Assembly (NCBI GenBank): GCA_008632985.1
Contig: QPGO01000124.1
Location: 124,001 to 188,000, forward strand
Source: Psammoneis japonica
Taxonomy: Eukaryota
Direction: 5' to 3'
Length of the DNA: 64,000 nucleotides
Shown here: one piece after another, positions 34,328 to 46,000 of the stretch
How positions within the stretch are numbered: the stretch's first letter is position 1
How the letters are laid out: every line of letters begins with the position of its first letter
The notes under the pieces: generated by a model
Database searches by the model: none
Told to the model about the DNA's origin: nothing
The model's input: only the letters and a program-made list of their open reading frames with translations
Translations under genes and position numbers: made by a program

Positions 34328-35690
34328 AGGAACAGTGCCCAAATCAAAATGATGAGCATGAGATGCAAAGAAGAATCATTGCCAAATGATGTGAATGAAT
34401 GCCTGCTGGCACTGTGCACTTCCATGCACACAAATGGATTTAAACTGACCGTCTGGCATGTGTGCACACATGTGAGTGTGAATTGTGATCTGCACACTTT
34501 CAAAACTGAGAGAGATTCCAGCTCATTTTTGTGCAAACCATCCACACATGAGAAATGTTCACATGATTGAACAAAGATTTCATTGTTGTAAATGCACATT
34601 TTAAAATGACATTGCCATTTTGCCAAGGGCAAGCAAACCAAGAAGTCGTCCCACCACTTTTTGCCCCTCTCTCCTCCCTCTTCATTTTAAAATTTTTCCT
34701 GCATTGTTTGCATTGGATGGTGGAGAGTGGGGAGCCCTCCATCACTGCAGAGGAGACAATGAAAGATGATGCAGAAAAGTGACAGTTGCCAAGCCATTGC
34801 TTGCCGGGAAAGCCAAAATGACATTGAGGCTGCACAAGCAGCAACAGTCGCCACAAGATCAGTTTGCCAACATCTGCTGGTGGATCCCAAGCGACAGCTC
34901 TGAAGACAGCAGAAGTCTCCACTGCCGAGTCTTGTTCCTTGATGATGATGACTTTGCCTCTCTTGCACCTGCAAACAGCCCTGGCCCACAGTGGAGCCAA
35001 AAATAGAAAGCAACAAGACAAGCCACAAGCCAATGTTGTTGCTTTGGTGGCACCAGCTGCTGTCTTGAATTCTCTTGACAGAGGCACGACTCTTGACAGA
35101 CTGACGAGAAAAGTGGCACCTGTTGGCTCCCCACAAATCTGCCCTGGTGTAATTTGCAAAGGGCAGCAGGGTGCACAACTCATTTCTCCATTGCATGGGA
35201 CAATGTCAGTGCTCACACCAGGCACTTCATTTCATGGGTTGTCCAAGTCAAATGGTCCACCAAAAATTGGTTTGTGAAGTTGACAATGCGGGGCTGTCTG
35301 GCACAAAAGTCAAAACACCACCTTGACAATGCGAGAAAGATTCCATCTCCTCAAGCAACTCCCACAACCAGAAAGTCTGGTCTCTCAGCTTGGTGAATCT
35401 CTCAAGAGTCATCAGTTGAGATGCTTGCAGAATGACTTTTTGCTTTGACTGAAATGATGATGGGGTTTGGTGCCAAGAGAACAACAGCCCGATCCATGCT
35501 GGTGTTGCACCACTGCCCCCCCAACAAATGATGCTTTCCCAGAATTGTGGATTGCCAATTGTTCTGCTAGAGCAGCTGCCATGATCAATGCCCCTGTGCA
35601 TTGCAGGAGCAACACAATTGCTGTGTTGGAGCTGAACTCCAAACCAACTTCTTCAGAACCTCACACGTTCTCCCTCCTCTTGTGAACCTT

Positions 35691-35806
35691 CTACAAGATT
35701 AGGAAGTGACCACTTTTCTTTTGTCACATGACAACATCTTGGGCACCACTACAAGAGTAGGAAGTGACCACTTTTCTTTCGTCACATGACAACATCTTGG
35801 GCACCA
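35691..35806. repeat. 58-bp tandem duplication at the edge of the TA-depleted domain
   Basis: CTACAAGA.TAGGAAGTGACCACTTTTCTTT.GTCACATGACAACATCTTGGGCACCA x2. Confidence 0.92.
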
Positions 35807-36192
35807 CTCATCATTCAAACGATGGGCGAGCAATTGCTGGGCATCGCGGGTAGACTGCTGCTGGCCAGCACGTCCATAAGGCTTGAAGCCAGACTAGAAA
35901 TGCAGTCTTGCTCTACCCAAGCCTCACTAGATCTAAATCTGTGACGCCGTTTATGTCACTGTAGCTGTTCTGTTGTCAAGAAGCCACGAAGGAACGTGCA
36001 CATGAAAATGGTCCGGAAAATCCCATCACTTCACATAGTAGGAAAAAGGGTACAGCGAAGTTTCATTTACTTAGTAGCGATTGAGAAATTTCCTTTTCGC
36101 TGCACTACAAAGTTTTCTACTTGCGGCGACTCGTTGCAATTTCTCTGAATCCAAAACAAATAAGCCCAATCGTTTTCGCGCAAAAACAATGT

Positions 36193-36829
36193 TTATTCAT
36201 CTATCGGCGGTGGTGGCACTTGAGACGCATCGATTGGACTCAGGAGATTGGAAATCCAGTTACCAATTGACGGACCGGCTGTTTTAGCACCACCCTTGAC
36301 AGCAACTTCAATCGGATCATCGGGATAAACTTTTAGATTGTACCCATACTCAAATTCCTGTTCGTATCCCTTCAATTTTGGATAAGTTCGTACAATGGCA
36401 GATTCGAGGCCCTCCTGATTGGCAAAGACCGCGTCCGACACTTGTGCCGCACGAGGCACGGCAATCGATCCACAGGGCAACCACGACTTGTCCTCACCCC
36501 CAAATTGCCGAACAAAGATGTTGTATTCCTGGCCACCCGAGGCGGCGATTTCGTCGTATTTTTGAGACTTTTGTTCCCGATCCATCTGACCAGCCGATTT
36601 GGTGGGGCCTTTAGGCTTGTCGTCGCCAAAACCCTTGGCCATGGATAGAAACGGTGTTGATCTACATTCGAGAAAGATGAAAGAGAGAGTGAGAATTGAA
36701 ACAGAAGGATTCTCCTTGATTTGATTTGAACCGTGAAACATACCTTGATTGTGTGAATGCGGCTGGAGCGAAGGCAGTGGACGATGCGACGCACATGGCG
36801 ACGCCGACGACAATAGAAACAAGGTTCAT
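36193..36829 (-). CDS. HHL1: HHL1-like plastid protein; 2 exons (36829-36744, 36661-36193)
   Basis: Signal peptide MNLVSIVVGVAMCVASSTA-FAP (ASAFAP type), GT-AG intron that preserves frame, and 'AKGFG...WLPCGSIAVPR...YPKLK...FEYGY'. Confidence 0.8.
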
Positions 36830-37484
36830 GTTGGCTTATTTGGGCTACTTTTTAAGTAGTAACAGTGGTGTCTGACACAAAGGCTGAGATGAAATGAATG
36901 ATGTGTGTGAGAATGGCGTGTCGCGTTGTGTCGTTGCAACACGAAGAAAACAACGCAGAAAAAATAAGAGAGCAAAATGGCGGGAAACGCAAGAGACACG
37001 TCACACGTCACTGGGCTGCGTTATTCAATTCATTCATCAACGAAGGCAAATCAATGATAAAGCAAAATGTACTGAAGTCTTACGATAGATCCCGTACGTG
37101 AGAGCTACTGAATCATAGTATGTAGGAGGTCGCTGCAGTTTTCCCGCGCAAAAAGTAAAAAACCATGTATCCCTGTCATGCAGTGGTGTTTCAGATATTG
37201 TCTGCATCTTCCTCTTTCATGTCCTCATTACATTCCTGTTCTAACTTGCCAGTTGCTGGGAGTGAGAAGATGATCGTGTTCGTTGAGCATCACTGCACTT
37301 CGGATACCGTTCCGTGCTTCATTATCCAGTGAAGTGGCAACGTGGGCAACTTCTAATACAAGCTATCACATAACATGTGTCTATTATTTGTATCGTCTGT
37401 TATTCGCAAATAGTCTCACACTTTGATGCACGAATGAAAGCGTAATTTGAGAAGGGAGAATGTGCAAGAGACCAACGAGATTCT

Positions 37485-39425
37485 CTATCTCTTGTCATGA
37501 CGGATAAGGTTGAGGCCCAAGACTCCAATAATGGAAAAGATTCCGATAAGTGCAGTTAGTAAACCTAGGCACGCGCCAATCGATCCCATGATTGTTCCTT
37601 CAAGACCATAAAACTGTAAAATGTTGGCAGTTTCTCCACTCTCGCCCGTAAAGATCGGGAGTTCGCCGTTCTCTTCGCCTTGGAATTGGTTCAGCATCAT
37701 GGCACCCCACGAATATCGTAAAAAGGATGTCCAGGAGAACCAGTACCATCCCTTGGGGATCTTGTCAAAGACGATAAAGAGTCCACCGAAAAACATCCAA
37801 ATGGTAACGAGGGTCGGCAAAAACGCATTAGCAAACTCCATTGTCGGAGCAACAGCAGCCACCGCATAGGCCAAAATAATCCCCATCATGGTTGTCAGAT
37901 AGTAAGATACGGCAAACAGGATAAATTGCCCCTGTAAAGAGCAGCCAAAGTGAACAATCACACAAAATACAAGAGAGGTTATTGTTGCCAAAAGACCCTC
38001 TTCAATGAATTTTGATAGATAGTAGGTTGCGGGGTTGTAGCATCCGTCAGCTAGCTCTCGATAGTACAAGGTACGTTCCAGAGTAAGACTTGGAACAAAG
38101 GCTGAAGCTCCATAACCGCAAATAGCCGCCACAAAGTACAACAAGGAAGCTGTGCTTTGTATCGACTGCGGGTCGTTATTGTCACCAATGCCCCAATAGA
38201 GTGTCAGAATAAGGACGGAAAACACAATCTTGTCTCCAAATCGAGTTCCCAAAAAGTCGCCGTCCTTGTAGTGTGCCACCATTCGGAAGCGCAGCAACGT
38301 GGCAAGCTTGCTAAGCTGAGAGGGCGGGGTTAGGTCTTTATCCATCTCGACAATGCTGCCCATGGTTTCTTCTCTACGAAGGTTAGCGGCATGGCGAACG
38401 TCTGACTGTTCGTATAACGCGGCAAAATTACGCCCTGTTTCATCTTCAACTCCTGAATCATTCGCTTCGTCACCATCATTGGACCCGCTCGTTGTTTGCT
38501 GTTGTTGTCTCGGTGCATCACTCGTCAAATCAACCAGCCATTCAGGCAGCGACATTTCCGCATCCCGTACAAACCCCAAGCCTTCAAAGTATCCCTGCAC
38601 TTCCGCCACAGGACCATCGTATATCGTCTTTCCGGCATGAAGCATGTGCAAATCATCAAACTTTCCAAAAGCGCATCCGGTCGGACTGTGGATGGTGCAC
38701 ACTACGGTCCGTCCTCCATCACGTGCCAACTGCCAAAGCAACTCCACCACCTCATCGGCCGTTCTACTGTCTAAACCAGAGGTCGGTTCATCCAAGTACA
38801 AGACACGTGGACGAGTAATCATGGCTAAACCAATGTTGACCCGCTTGGCTTGCCCTCCACTGATGCCGCGAATCAGCGACGATCCAATCACCGTGTGACG
38901 GCACGATTCCAAATCGAGACGGTCCATCACTTCATTGACTCGTTCCCGTCGTTCACGTGCCGTTGTTGCTGCCGGGAGCTTGAGCGCCGCCGTGTATGCC
39001 AGCATTTGTTCCACCGTCAACTCTCCCACGAGCGTATCGGACTGTTCCACGTAGCCCACATAACGACGCAAATCTTTGGATCTTGGAACTTTGCCATTGT
39101 ACTTGATGGTTCCAGTCACTTGGCCGGTATTCTTTCGTCCGGCAAGAATATCAAGCAATGTGCTCTTGCCGGAACCGCTAGGTCCAACAATTGCCGACAG
39201 ACGATTGGGTACGAAGGAACCGCTAATGTTTTGCAGAATCGTCAATTGTGATTCATCGCTTTTCTTTTTCTTTTTGAGAGGGACAGAGTAGGAAAGATCC
39301 GCAAAAGCAATCGAAATACTACCACCTCTATCTTCTTCTCTTTCCTGAGACTCCTCATGGAGTGTCGGATCGTCGTCCTCGCGAGGCGCCATGGTGTTTG
39401 TTGTTTCTTGCCGTTTCTCTGACAT
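37485..39425 (-). CDS. ABCG: ABCG (White-family) half transporter
   Basis: Walker A GPSGSGKS, signature ISGGQ, Walker B LYLDEP and a C-terminal TM domain. Start codon uncertain. Confidence 0.95.
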   Translation of the reverse strand: MSEKRQETTNTMAPREDDDPTLHEESQEREEDRGGSISIAFADLSYSVPLKKKKKSDESQLTILQNISGSFVPNRLSAIVGPSGSGKSTLLDILAGRKNTGQVTGTIKYNGKVPRSKDLRRYVGYVEQSDTLVGELTVEQMLAYTAALKLPAATTARERRERVNEVMDRLDLESCRHTVIGSSLIRGISGGQAKRVNIGLAMITRPRVLYLDEPTSGLDSRTADEVVELLWQLARDGGRTVVCTIHSPTGCAFGKFDDLHMLHAGKTIYDGPVAEVQGYFEGLGFVRDAEMSLPEWLVDLTSDAPRQQQQTTSGSNDGDEANDSGVEDETGRNFAALYEQSDVRHAANLRREETMGSIVEMDKDLTPPSQLSKLATLLRFRMVAHYKDGDFLGTRFGDKIVFSVLILTLYWGIGDNNDPQSIQSTASLLYFVAAICGYGASAFVPSLTLERTLYYRELADGCYNPATYYLSKFIEEGLLATITSLVFCVIVHFGCSLQGQFILFAVSYYLTTMMGIILAYAVAAVAPTMEFANAFLPTLVTIWMFFGGLFIVFDKIPKGWYWFSWTSFLRYSWGAMMLNQFQGEENGELPIFTGESGETANILQFYGLEGTIMGSIGACLGLLTALIGIFSIIGVLGLNLIRHDKR

Positions 39426-40074
39426 GGTCATCACGATCACGAGCGCGCGCAAAATCAAAAATCAACAGAAAGAAAAAACGCGTCAGCCAGCGAACACGTC
39501 ATCATGGTCCTTCCTTCATCCATCCAACTCAAGAGCTTGTACGTACCCTTGAGTCCAGTTAAACGGGATTTCGTTCGAATCGAGCTCGGTGAAGCGATCT
39601 GCCCTACGTGTGCTTTGGTACAAACGTGTAGTGGCGAGTGCTAACATATATATAATGAATAAAATACAACATAATTGTGGACATTTTCAAACAGAAATGC
39701 TGCATAATAAACGTCGAAAAACGAAAAATTCGCGCGAGCCGGCCGCAAAATCTGAAACCAGTCATCGGAGCTCGAGTCGATGTTGGCCAACTGCGTAGAA
39801 TGTACGCTGAATATGTACCAAGGAAAACCCGGATATGTGGCCAACTTTGGCCAAAGCTGGACACAAGGGTACACTGTCCTGTAGTATCTATTCGGATCTT
39901 TCGTTTTTGATTCGAAAATATAAAATAACAGAAAGGGACTGTTCAATTTCACGTTTTTAATTTTTTCTCCCATAAAATAGAGAGGAGAATAATCATCGCG
40001 TTCTTCAACTTGAACTGCATCAAGTTTCAGCCGGCCCGACAGCAACGAACACAAAAAAACACAGCACGACAATA

Positions 40075-40941
40075 ATGACGTTTGGATTGACATTTGAACA
40101 GGAAAAAGAGCTTCACCATGAACTTTCCATGGGCGTTCTTATCATATCGGTTCCAGTCTTTTTGGTTCTCATGTTTGGAATTGATTCACCGTGGGGAAAA
40201 CATTTACCGAAGAAGAACGCTTGGATGCTCGGTCCGCCCGTCAATGCAAGGATGGCTTGGATTCTTTTTGAATCCCCAAATCTCTTGTGGAGTGTATATG
40301 CCTATCAACATGCCACTACAAAAGTACAAGGACCGAACCTCTTGTTGTTTGCATTGTTTGTGGTACATTATATCAATCGAGCTATCATTTTTCCGATACA
40401 GCTCGGCAACAAGGCAAAGCCAATTCCTCTGCTAGTTGTGCTTTGCGCCTTTTTCTTTACGAGCGTGAATGGATTGTAAGTTATATGAGGTTGATTTCAC
40501 ATTCATAGACAAACGTCGTTTCTCACTATATTCTCGTCGAATATATTTCACAGTCTTCAGGCACAAGGTTTGTGTCGGTTTCCTCTGCAAGATTTGCACA
40601 CTGCACGACTCATGGTGGGTAACATCCTCTTTATCATTGGAATGAACATTAATTGGGAAGCAGACGCCATTTTGATGGATTTGCGCAACAAGCCAGGAGA
40701 AACGGGATACAAAATTCCGCGTGGTGGAATCTTTGAATACGTGTCGGGTGGCAACCATTTTGGTGAAATGTTGGAGTGGGGTGGCTTTGCACTTGCATGC
40801 AACAATTTGGCGGCTTTTTCTTTTTGGGTCTTTACGTGTGCCAATCTAATTCCTCGTGCCGTATCACACCACAAATGGTATTTGGATAATTTCAAGGATT
40901 ATCCAAAAAATCGAAAGGCGGTGATTCCTTTTGTGTGGTGA
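40075..40941 (+). CDS. Steroid 5-alpha reductase (DET2/SRD5A-like); intron 40476-40553
   Basis: 'AWILFESP', spliced 'NGFLQA', 'YKIPRGGIFEYVSGGNHFGEMLEW', 'HHKWY...YPKNRKAVIPF'. Confidence 0.92.
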
Positions 40942-41495
40942 AATTTAAAAAGAAAGCGTATTTTACAATGTCATGAGGAGTGACGGGAATTCCAAGGCTA
41001 GTTGCGCTGAATTGGAAAATGGGATTCATTATAACACAATGTTGTTGGTGCGTTGTGAATCGAAAGGCTAACAAAGTAACCATCGGGCAGCGGCTATTGC
41101 TAATACGTTAAGCATGTATTCAATCGCTATATCTTTTGCCTTCTTTCGCATACACTCTATGTTGCCATTTCTCTTTAGCCAATTGGGTATTGTGAACATG
41201 TAATAGAAGCGCTCGCGTCCCACAAATTCCCCCAGAGGAATGAATGAATGAACGAACGAACGAATGCATGAATGAGTAGATAGAATTCCAGAATGAATAC
41301 GGAACAACGAAAGCAGCACATTCACCTAAACTGGAACAACACGCACAAAAGTGAAGCCTGAAAATTTTATTGGTTTGTTTTGTGTGCTCATCATGAGTCG
41401 CCGAAAGATTGCATAGGCAGCGATATCATCGTGCCACAATCCCATTTCTCATTTTCAAGTAGTCTCTTGAAAGCAATATACAAGTAACGTTCATC

Positions 41496-41933
41496 ATGTT
41501 GTCACAGAGAGAAGCTGTTCTCAAGCTTATCGAAGAAGGATTCAACAAGCACGACGTTGACGTGATTCGAGATGTGGCTACGGATGATGCTGTGAATATT
41601 GCCGGGGGACAAGAAATTCCGTGGGGAGAGCTTGTCGAAGCCTGTAAAGATGTCTTCAAGGTCTTTCCAGATATCAAATGGGAATGGACAAAACTGTCCG
41701 AGGATGGTGTCATGGAGGAGCCCGTGATTGTCCGAGGCACGCACACCGGCGGTGCTTTTGGTTTTGGTCCTTATCCGCCGATTGAACCCACCGGCATCGA
41801 GTGCATTAATACCGAGACATGGCAAGTCACAATGGACAATGGTAAGATCAAGACTCTTGAAGTCACCACGCCGGGGAATACATTGGGTGGGCCTCCGGGA
41901 TTTTACGTTCAGATTGGTGGAAGGCTGGAGTAA
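41496..41933 (+). CDS. SnoaL-like/NTF2-fold protein (ester cyclase family)
   Basis: 'FKVFPDIKW...VRGTHTG...PPIEPTG' pattern. Confidence 0.8.
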   Translation: MLSQREAVLKLIEEGFNKHDVDVIRDVATDDAVNIAGGQEIPWGELVEACKDVFKVFPDIKWEWTKLSEDGVMEEPVIVRGTHTGGAFGFGPYPPIEPTGIECINTETWQVTMDNGKIKTLEVTTPGNTLGGPPGFYVQIGGRLE

Positions 41934-41986
41934 TACAGTAATATCCAATCACTCTCTCTAGAAAACTAGGTGTTGTGATATGTATT

Positions 41987-42496
41987 CTAGAAGTGCTGGC
42001 GTTCCCCACGAATTCCACAGATGAACAGGGGAACAACGAATGCAACGAGGATGGATATGCCGAAAGTAATCCAGAAGGCAGCATCACGATCTTTGCGAAG
42101 ATCATTGTCAGGCTGATCCAAAGTTTGCACGGCGAACGCCGTCATTAGAGCCGCAAAGAGCGTGAGGATACCAATACACGAATAAAGCACGGCAACTCGG
42201 CTCAAGCGACGGTCGTCATAGAAGCCAAACATCGCCGTAAAGATTGCCCCAAAGAACAAACTGAAAGCAATGACTTGGAGCGATAAGGTGACTGCCTCGA
42301 GTCTGGATAGCTTATTTTCTTCGTTTGAGCCGGTGATACCAAAGAGAAGGAACCCTGCAAGGAAAGTGTTTACCTCAATAAACAAGTTAAAGTGCTCACC
42401 ATTCGCTGCCGCTTCTGCCTCATTTACAGACCTAGAAGTCTCAGATGCTGACCCAACCTCAGGGGCAAGCGCAGTCTCAGTCCCAGTTTTAGTCAT
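41987..42496 (-). CDS. Hypothetical 4-TM membrane protein
   Basis: ORF from MTKTGTE with four hydrophobic segments. Confidence 0.65.
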   Translation of the reverse strand: MTKTGTETALAPEVGSASETSRSVNEAEAAANGEHFNLFIEVNTFLAGFLLFGITGSNEENKLSRLEAVTLSLQVIAFSLFFGAIFTAMFGFYDDRRLSRVAVLYSCIGILTLFAALMTAFAVQTLDQPDNDLRKDRDAAFWITFGISILVAFVVPLFICGIRGERQHF

Positions 42497-43043
42497 GTTA
42501 ACAATGCTATGAAATTGAGTACAAAGTTTCAAGAAAACCACGAGAGAATGTAGTGGAAGGGATGTTGCTGGCCTGCCACCGTGCCAAGTAGAGGTGAGTG
42601 TGAGATTGGCACCAATCAAACTGACCAGCGGTGAGAAGTACAATCAAGAGAGCTTGACACCAGCTGCACAAGGATTTCAATTTTCTTAGATTGAGCTTCA
42701 ACAACTGTGTCACGACTGCTAAGAACGCGGTTTGTCATTCTCGACCGGTTGTTCTCCGTTGGTTCCTTCAAAAAAGTGAAATGTGTCCGAATCACGATTC
42801 AGTGTATGACGATGGTTCGTGATTCGCGATCACGTCTATTTTTGCTCATCACAAAGCGCTTGAAGGTGGGAGTACCGGTACAAAATGGCACAATGCAGAC
42901 TAAAGTAACCAGAAAGAATGCTCTCTAGAGAGTACGGAACAACGGTGAAACGCTGCAACATGTATTTTATAGAAGAAGCTCTCATCTACCGGGAGGGCTT
43001 CCTTATCTAGGCCAAAAATATGGATAAGCTGGCAATAACTGCT

Positions 43044-46000
43044 CTAATGGAATTCGCTGGGACTGGTCCAAGCATCAGCGTCGCTCTCCTTCTTGTAGTG
43101 CTCAAAGAGAGTGTGGGGCTCAAGTCCGACGAGCTCGCCCTTCTTGTGCTGGTACACCGCATCGGCAAACATCTGAACCAACTGCATGTTGGTCAAGAGG
43201 GGAATTCCAAAGTCAACAGCCGTTCTCCTCATGAGGTAGTTGTCCTCCAACCTCTTGGACTCGTGGGTAGGAACGTTAATAACGAGACCCATATCGCCGT
43301 TCTTGATGGCATCAATCACGTTGGGTTCACCTTCCACTCGCTCGGTGGGGTAACCAAGGACCTTGCAAGGGACTTGGTTCTTGTTGAGCACGGCCGCGGT
43401 CTTCTTTGTAGCCCAGATAGTGTAACCCATCTCGTGAAGCTGCCAGGCAGAGTGAGTCATTTCATCCTCGAGACTGGCTTGGACACAGATCAAGATGTTG
43501 TTCTTGGGCATCTTGAATCCGGTGGAAAGCAGAGACTTCAAGAAGGCCTCTTCCTTGGTGGCACCAAAACATGCGACCTCACCCGTGGACGCCATTTCGA
43601 CTCCAAGGACAGGATCGGATCCACGAAGACGAGTGAAAGAGAACATGGGATTCTTGACACCGACGTAGCTGCTAGGGCGGTTTCTCGTTTCAAGAGTCGG
43701 CAAGTTCATGTGCGAAGTGTCCTTTCCGACCATAGCGCGGGTGGCGGCTTCAATGTAGTCAACGCCCATGGTCTTTGAGACGAACGGGAAGGAACGCGAG
43801 GCCCTCACGTTGGTCTCGATACACATCACATCGGTTCCCTTGGCAACATACTGAATATTGACAGGTCCAGTGATATTGAGTCGCTTCACAATCTTACGGG
43901 AAGCATCGCGGACACGCTGCATGGTGTAAGCAGAAAGCTTCTGAGGTGGCAGGACGAGCGTGGCATCACCGGAGTGGACACCAGCATTCTCAATGTGCTC
44001 GTGAATGGCGGCGGCAATGAGCTCTCCATCCTTGCCAACGCCGTCCATTTCGATCTCCACAGCTCCCTGAATGAAATCAGAAATCACAACGGGATGCTCC
44101 TGAGACACCTCCGCAGCCTCCGTCAAGCAGGCGCGAAGCTGCTCGTCGCTCCAAGCGACATTCATCGCTGCTCCACTAAGTACGTATGAAGGACGCACAA
44201 GCACTGCATGGAACAAATAGAAACAAACAGTGAGAAACATTTCAAAAAGAGGGATATATCACATCGTTAGTTCTCCAGCTGTTCACTTACCAGGGTATCC
44301 AACTTCTTCGGCAAACTTGAGACCACCCTCGGCGCTGCTTAGCTCGCTCCACTTGGGTTGCTGGACGCCAATTTCATCAATCATATCGGAAAACTTCTGG
44401 CGATCCTCTGCATTGTCAATCATAGCAGCTGTAGTTCCCAGAATCTTAACTCCGGCCTTGTCCAAAGGAATGGCGATTCCATTGGGGATTTGACCACCGA
44501 CGCTGACAATCACACCATCCGAATTATCCTTTTGGTAGATATCAAGTACTCGCTCACGGTTGAGCTCTTCAAAGTAGAGACGGTCGCACTCGTCGTAGTC
44601 AGTCGACACTGTCTCGGGGTTGTAGTTTACCATGGTAGCCTTCAAACCCATCTGGCGAAGAGCACGAATGGCGCTGACCCCACACCAATCAAACTCAATC
44701 GAAGAACCGATTCTGTAGCAACCACTACCGAGGACCATCACACCACCGTTGGCAGGCTCCACGTCATCTTCGCTTCCGTGGTATGTCGTGTAGAGGTAGT
44801 TAGTTTCGGCTGGGAACTCGGCCGCAAGGGTATCAATTTGCTTTGTCCACGGCGTAATTCCGGCGTTCACGCGCTTTGCCCGCACCTCATCTTCTGTGGC
44901 ACCCCCCTTGACACATTTCGTGATCTGCGCGTCGGAATATCCCATCTTCTTGGCCTCCGTCATGAGATCATTGTCCATTTCAGAAATCGTTACCTGCGCC
45001 ATCTTGTCCCAGGTCTTGACAATTCCCTCAAGACGACGAAGGAACCAGTGATCAATCTTGGTCTTGTCGTGAATCTCGTCGACAGTCATCGACTTTTCGT
45101 GCAAGGCTTGGGCGATAGCAAAGACACGGCGATCCGTAGGGTTTTCAAGTTCATCGACGAGAGCCTCCTTGGTGGCGAAATGGAACTTTGGCTGGAAGCC
45201 CGGGTAGGATGGGTCCACCATGCGAATTGCCTTTTGCATGGACTCCTCCAACGTACGTCCAATACCCATGACTTCACCAACACTCTTCATGGCGGAACCG
45301 ATAGATGTGCTGACTCCCTCAAACTTAGACATATCCCATCGGGGAATCTTAGTGACAATGTAATCCAAACTGGGCTCGAAGCATGCCTGGGTCTTCTTAG
45401 TGACGGCGTTGATAACATCCGTCATTGGGATACCAAGGGCAAGCTTGGCAGCCACAAACGCAAGAGGGTAACCGGTAGCTTTGGAAGCAAGAGCAGATGA
45501 ACGAGAAAGACGCGCGTTCACCTCGATAATGCAGTACTCAAGCGACTCCGGGTGGAGGGCGTACTGGATGTTGCATTCTCCGACAATTCCCAAGTGACGT
45601 ACGACCTGAAGATAAATATAAAGAAGTGTGTAAGCGTGCCAACAGAAAAAAGATAAGCGTAAAAAAGTCGCTGTATCGAAATCTCACCTTCACAGCGGTA
45701 TTACGAAGCATGTGGTACTCCTCGTTGGAAAGAGTCTGGGACGGAGCCATAACGATACTCTCTCCCGTGTGGATTCCCAATGGATCAAAGTTCTCCATGT
45801 TACAGACAGTCACACAATTGTCGCGGGTATCCCTGACAACCTCGTACTCGACTTCCTTCCACCCCTTCATACTCTTCTCAACAAGAATTTGCTCGGAAAG
45901 AGAAAGAGCCTTGGCTCCCATATCGCGAAGCATTTCCTCGTCCTGACAGATTCCACTTCCGAGACCACCAAGGGCAAAGGCGGAACGAATCATGAGCGGG

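Noticed and set aside
200..35690. Classical RIP or CpG deamination alone as the cause of TG/CA richness
   Set aside because: RIP creates TpA rather than removing it. CpG decay cannot turn Tyr codons into Cys/His, and CpG persists in the copia and Ngaro elements.
35691..35806. CRISPR-like array
   Set aside because: Two adjacent near-identical units without unique spacers, in a eukaryotic context with no cas genes.
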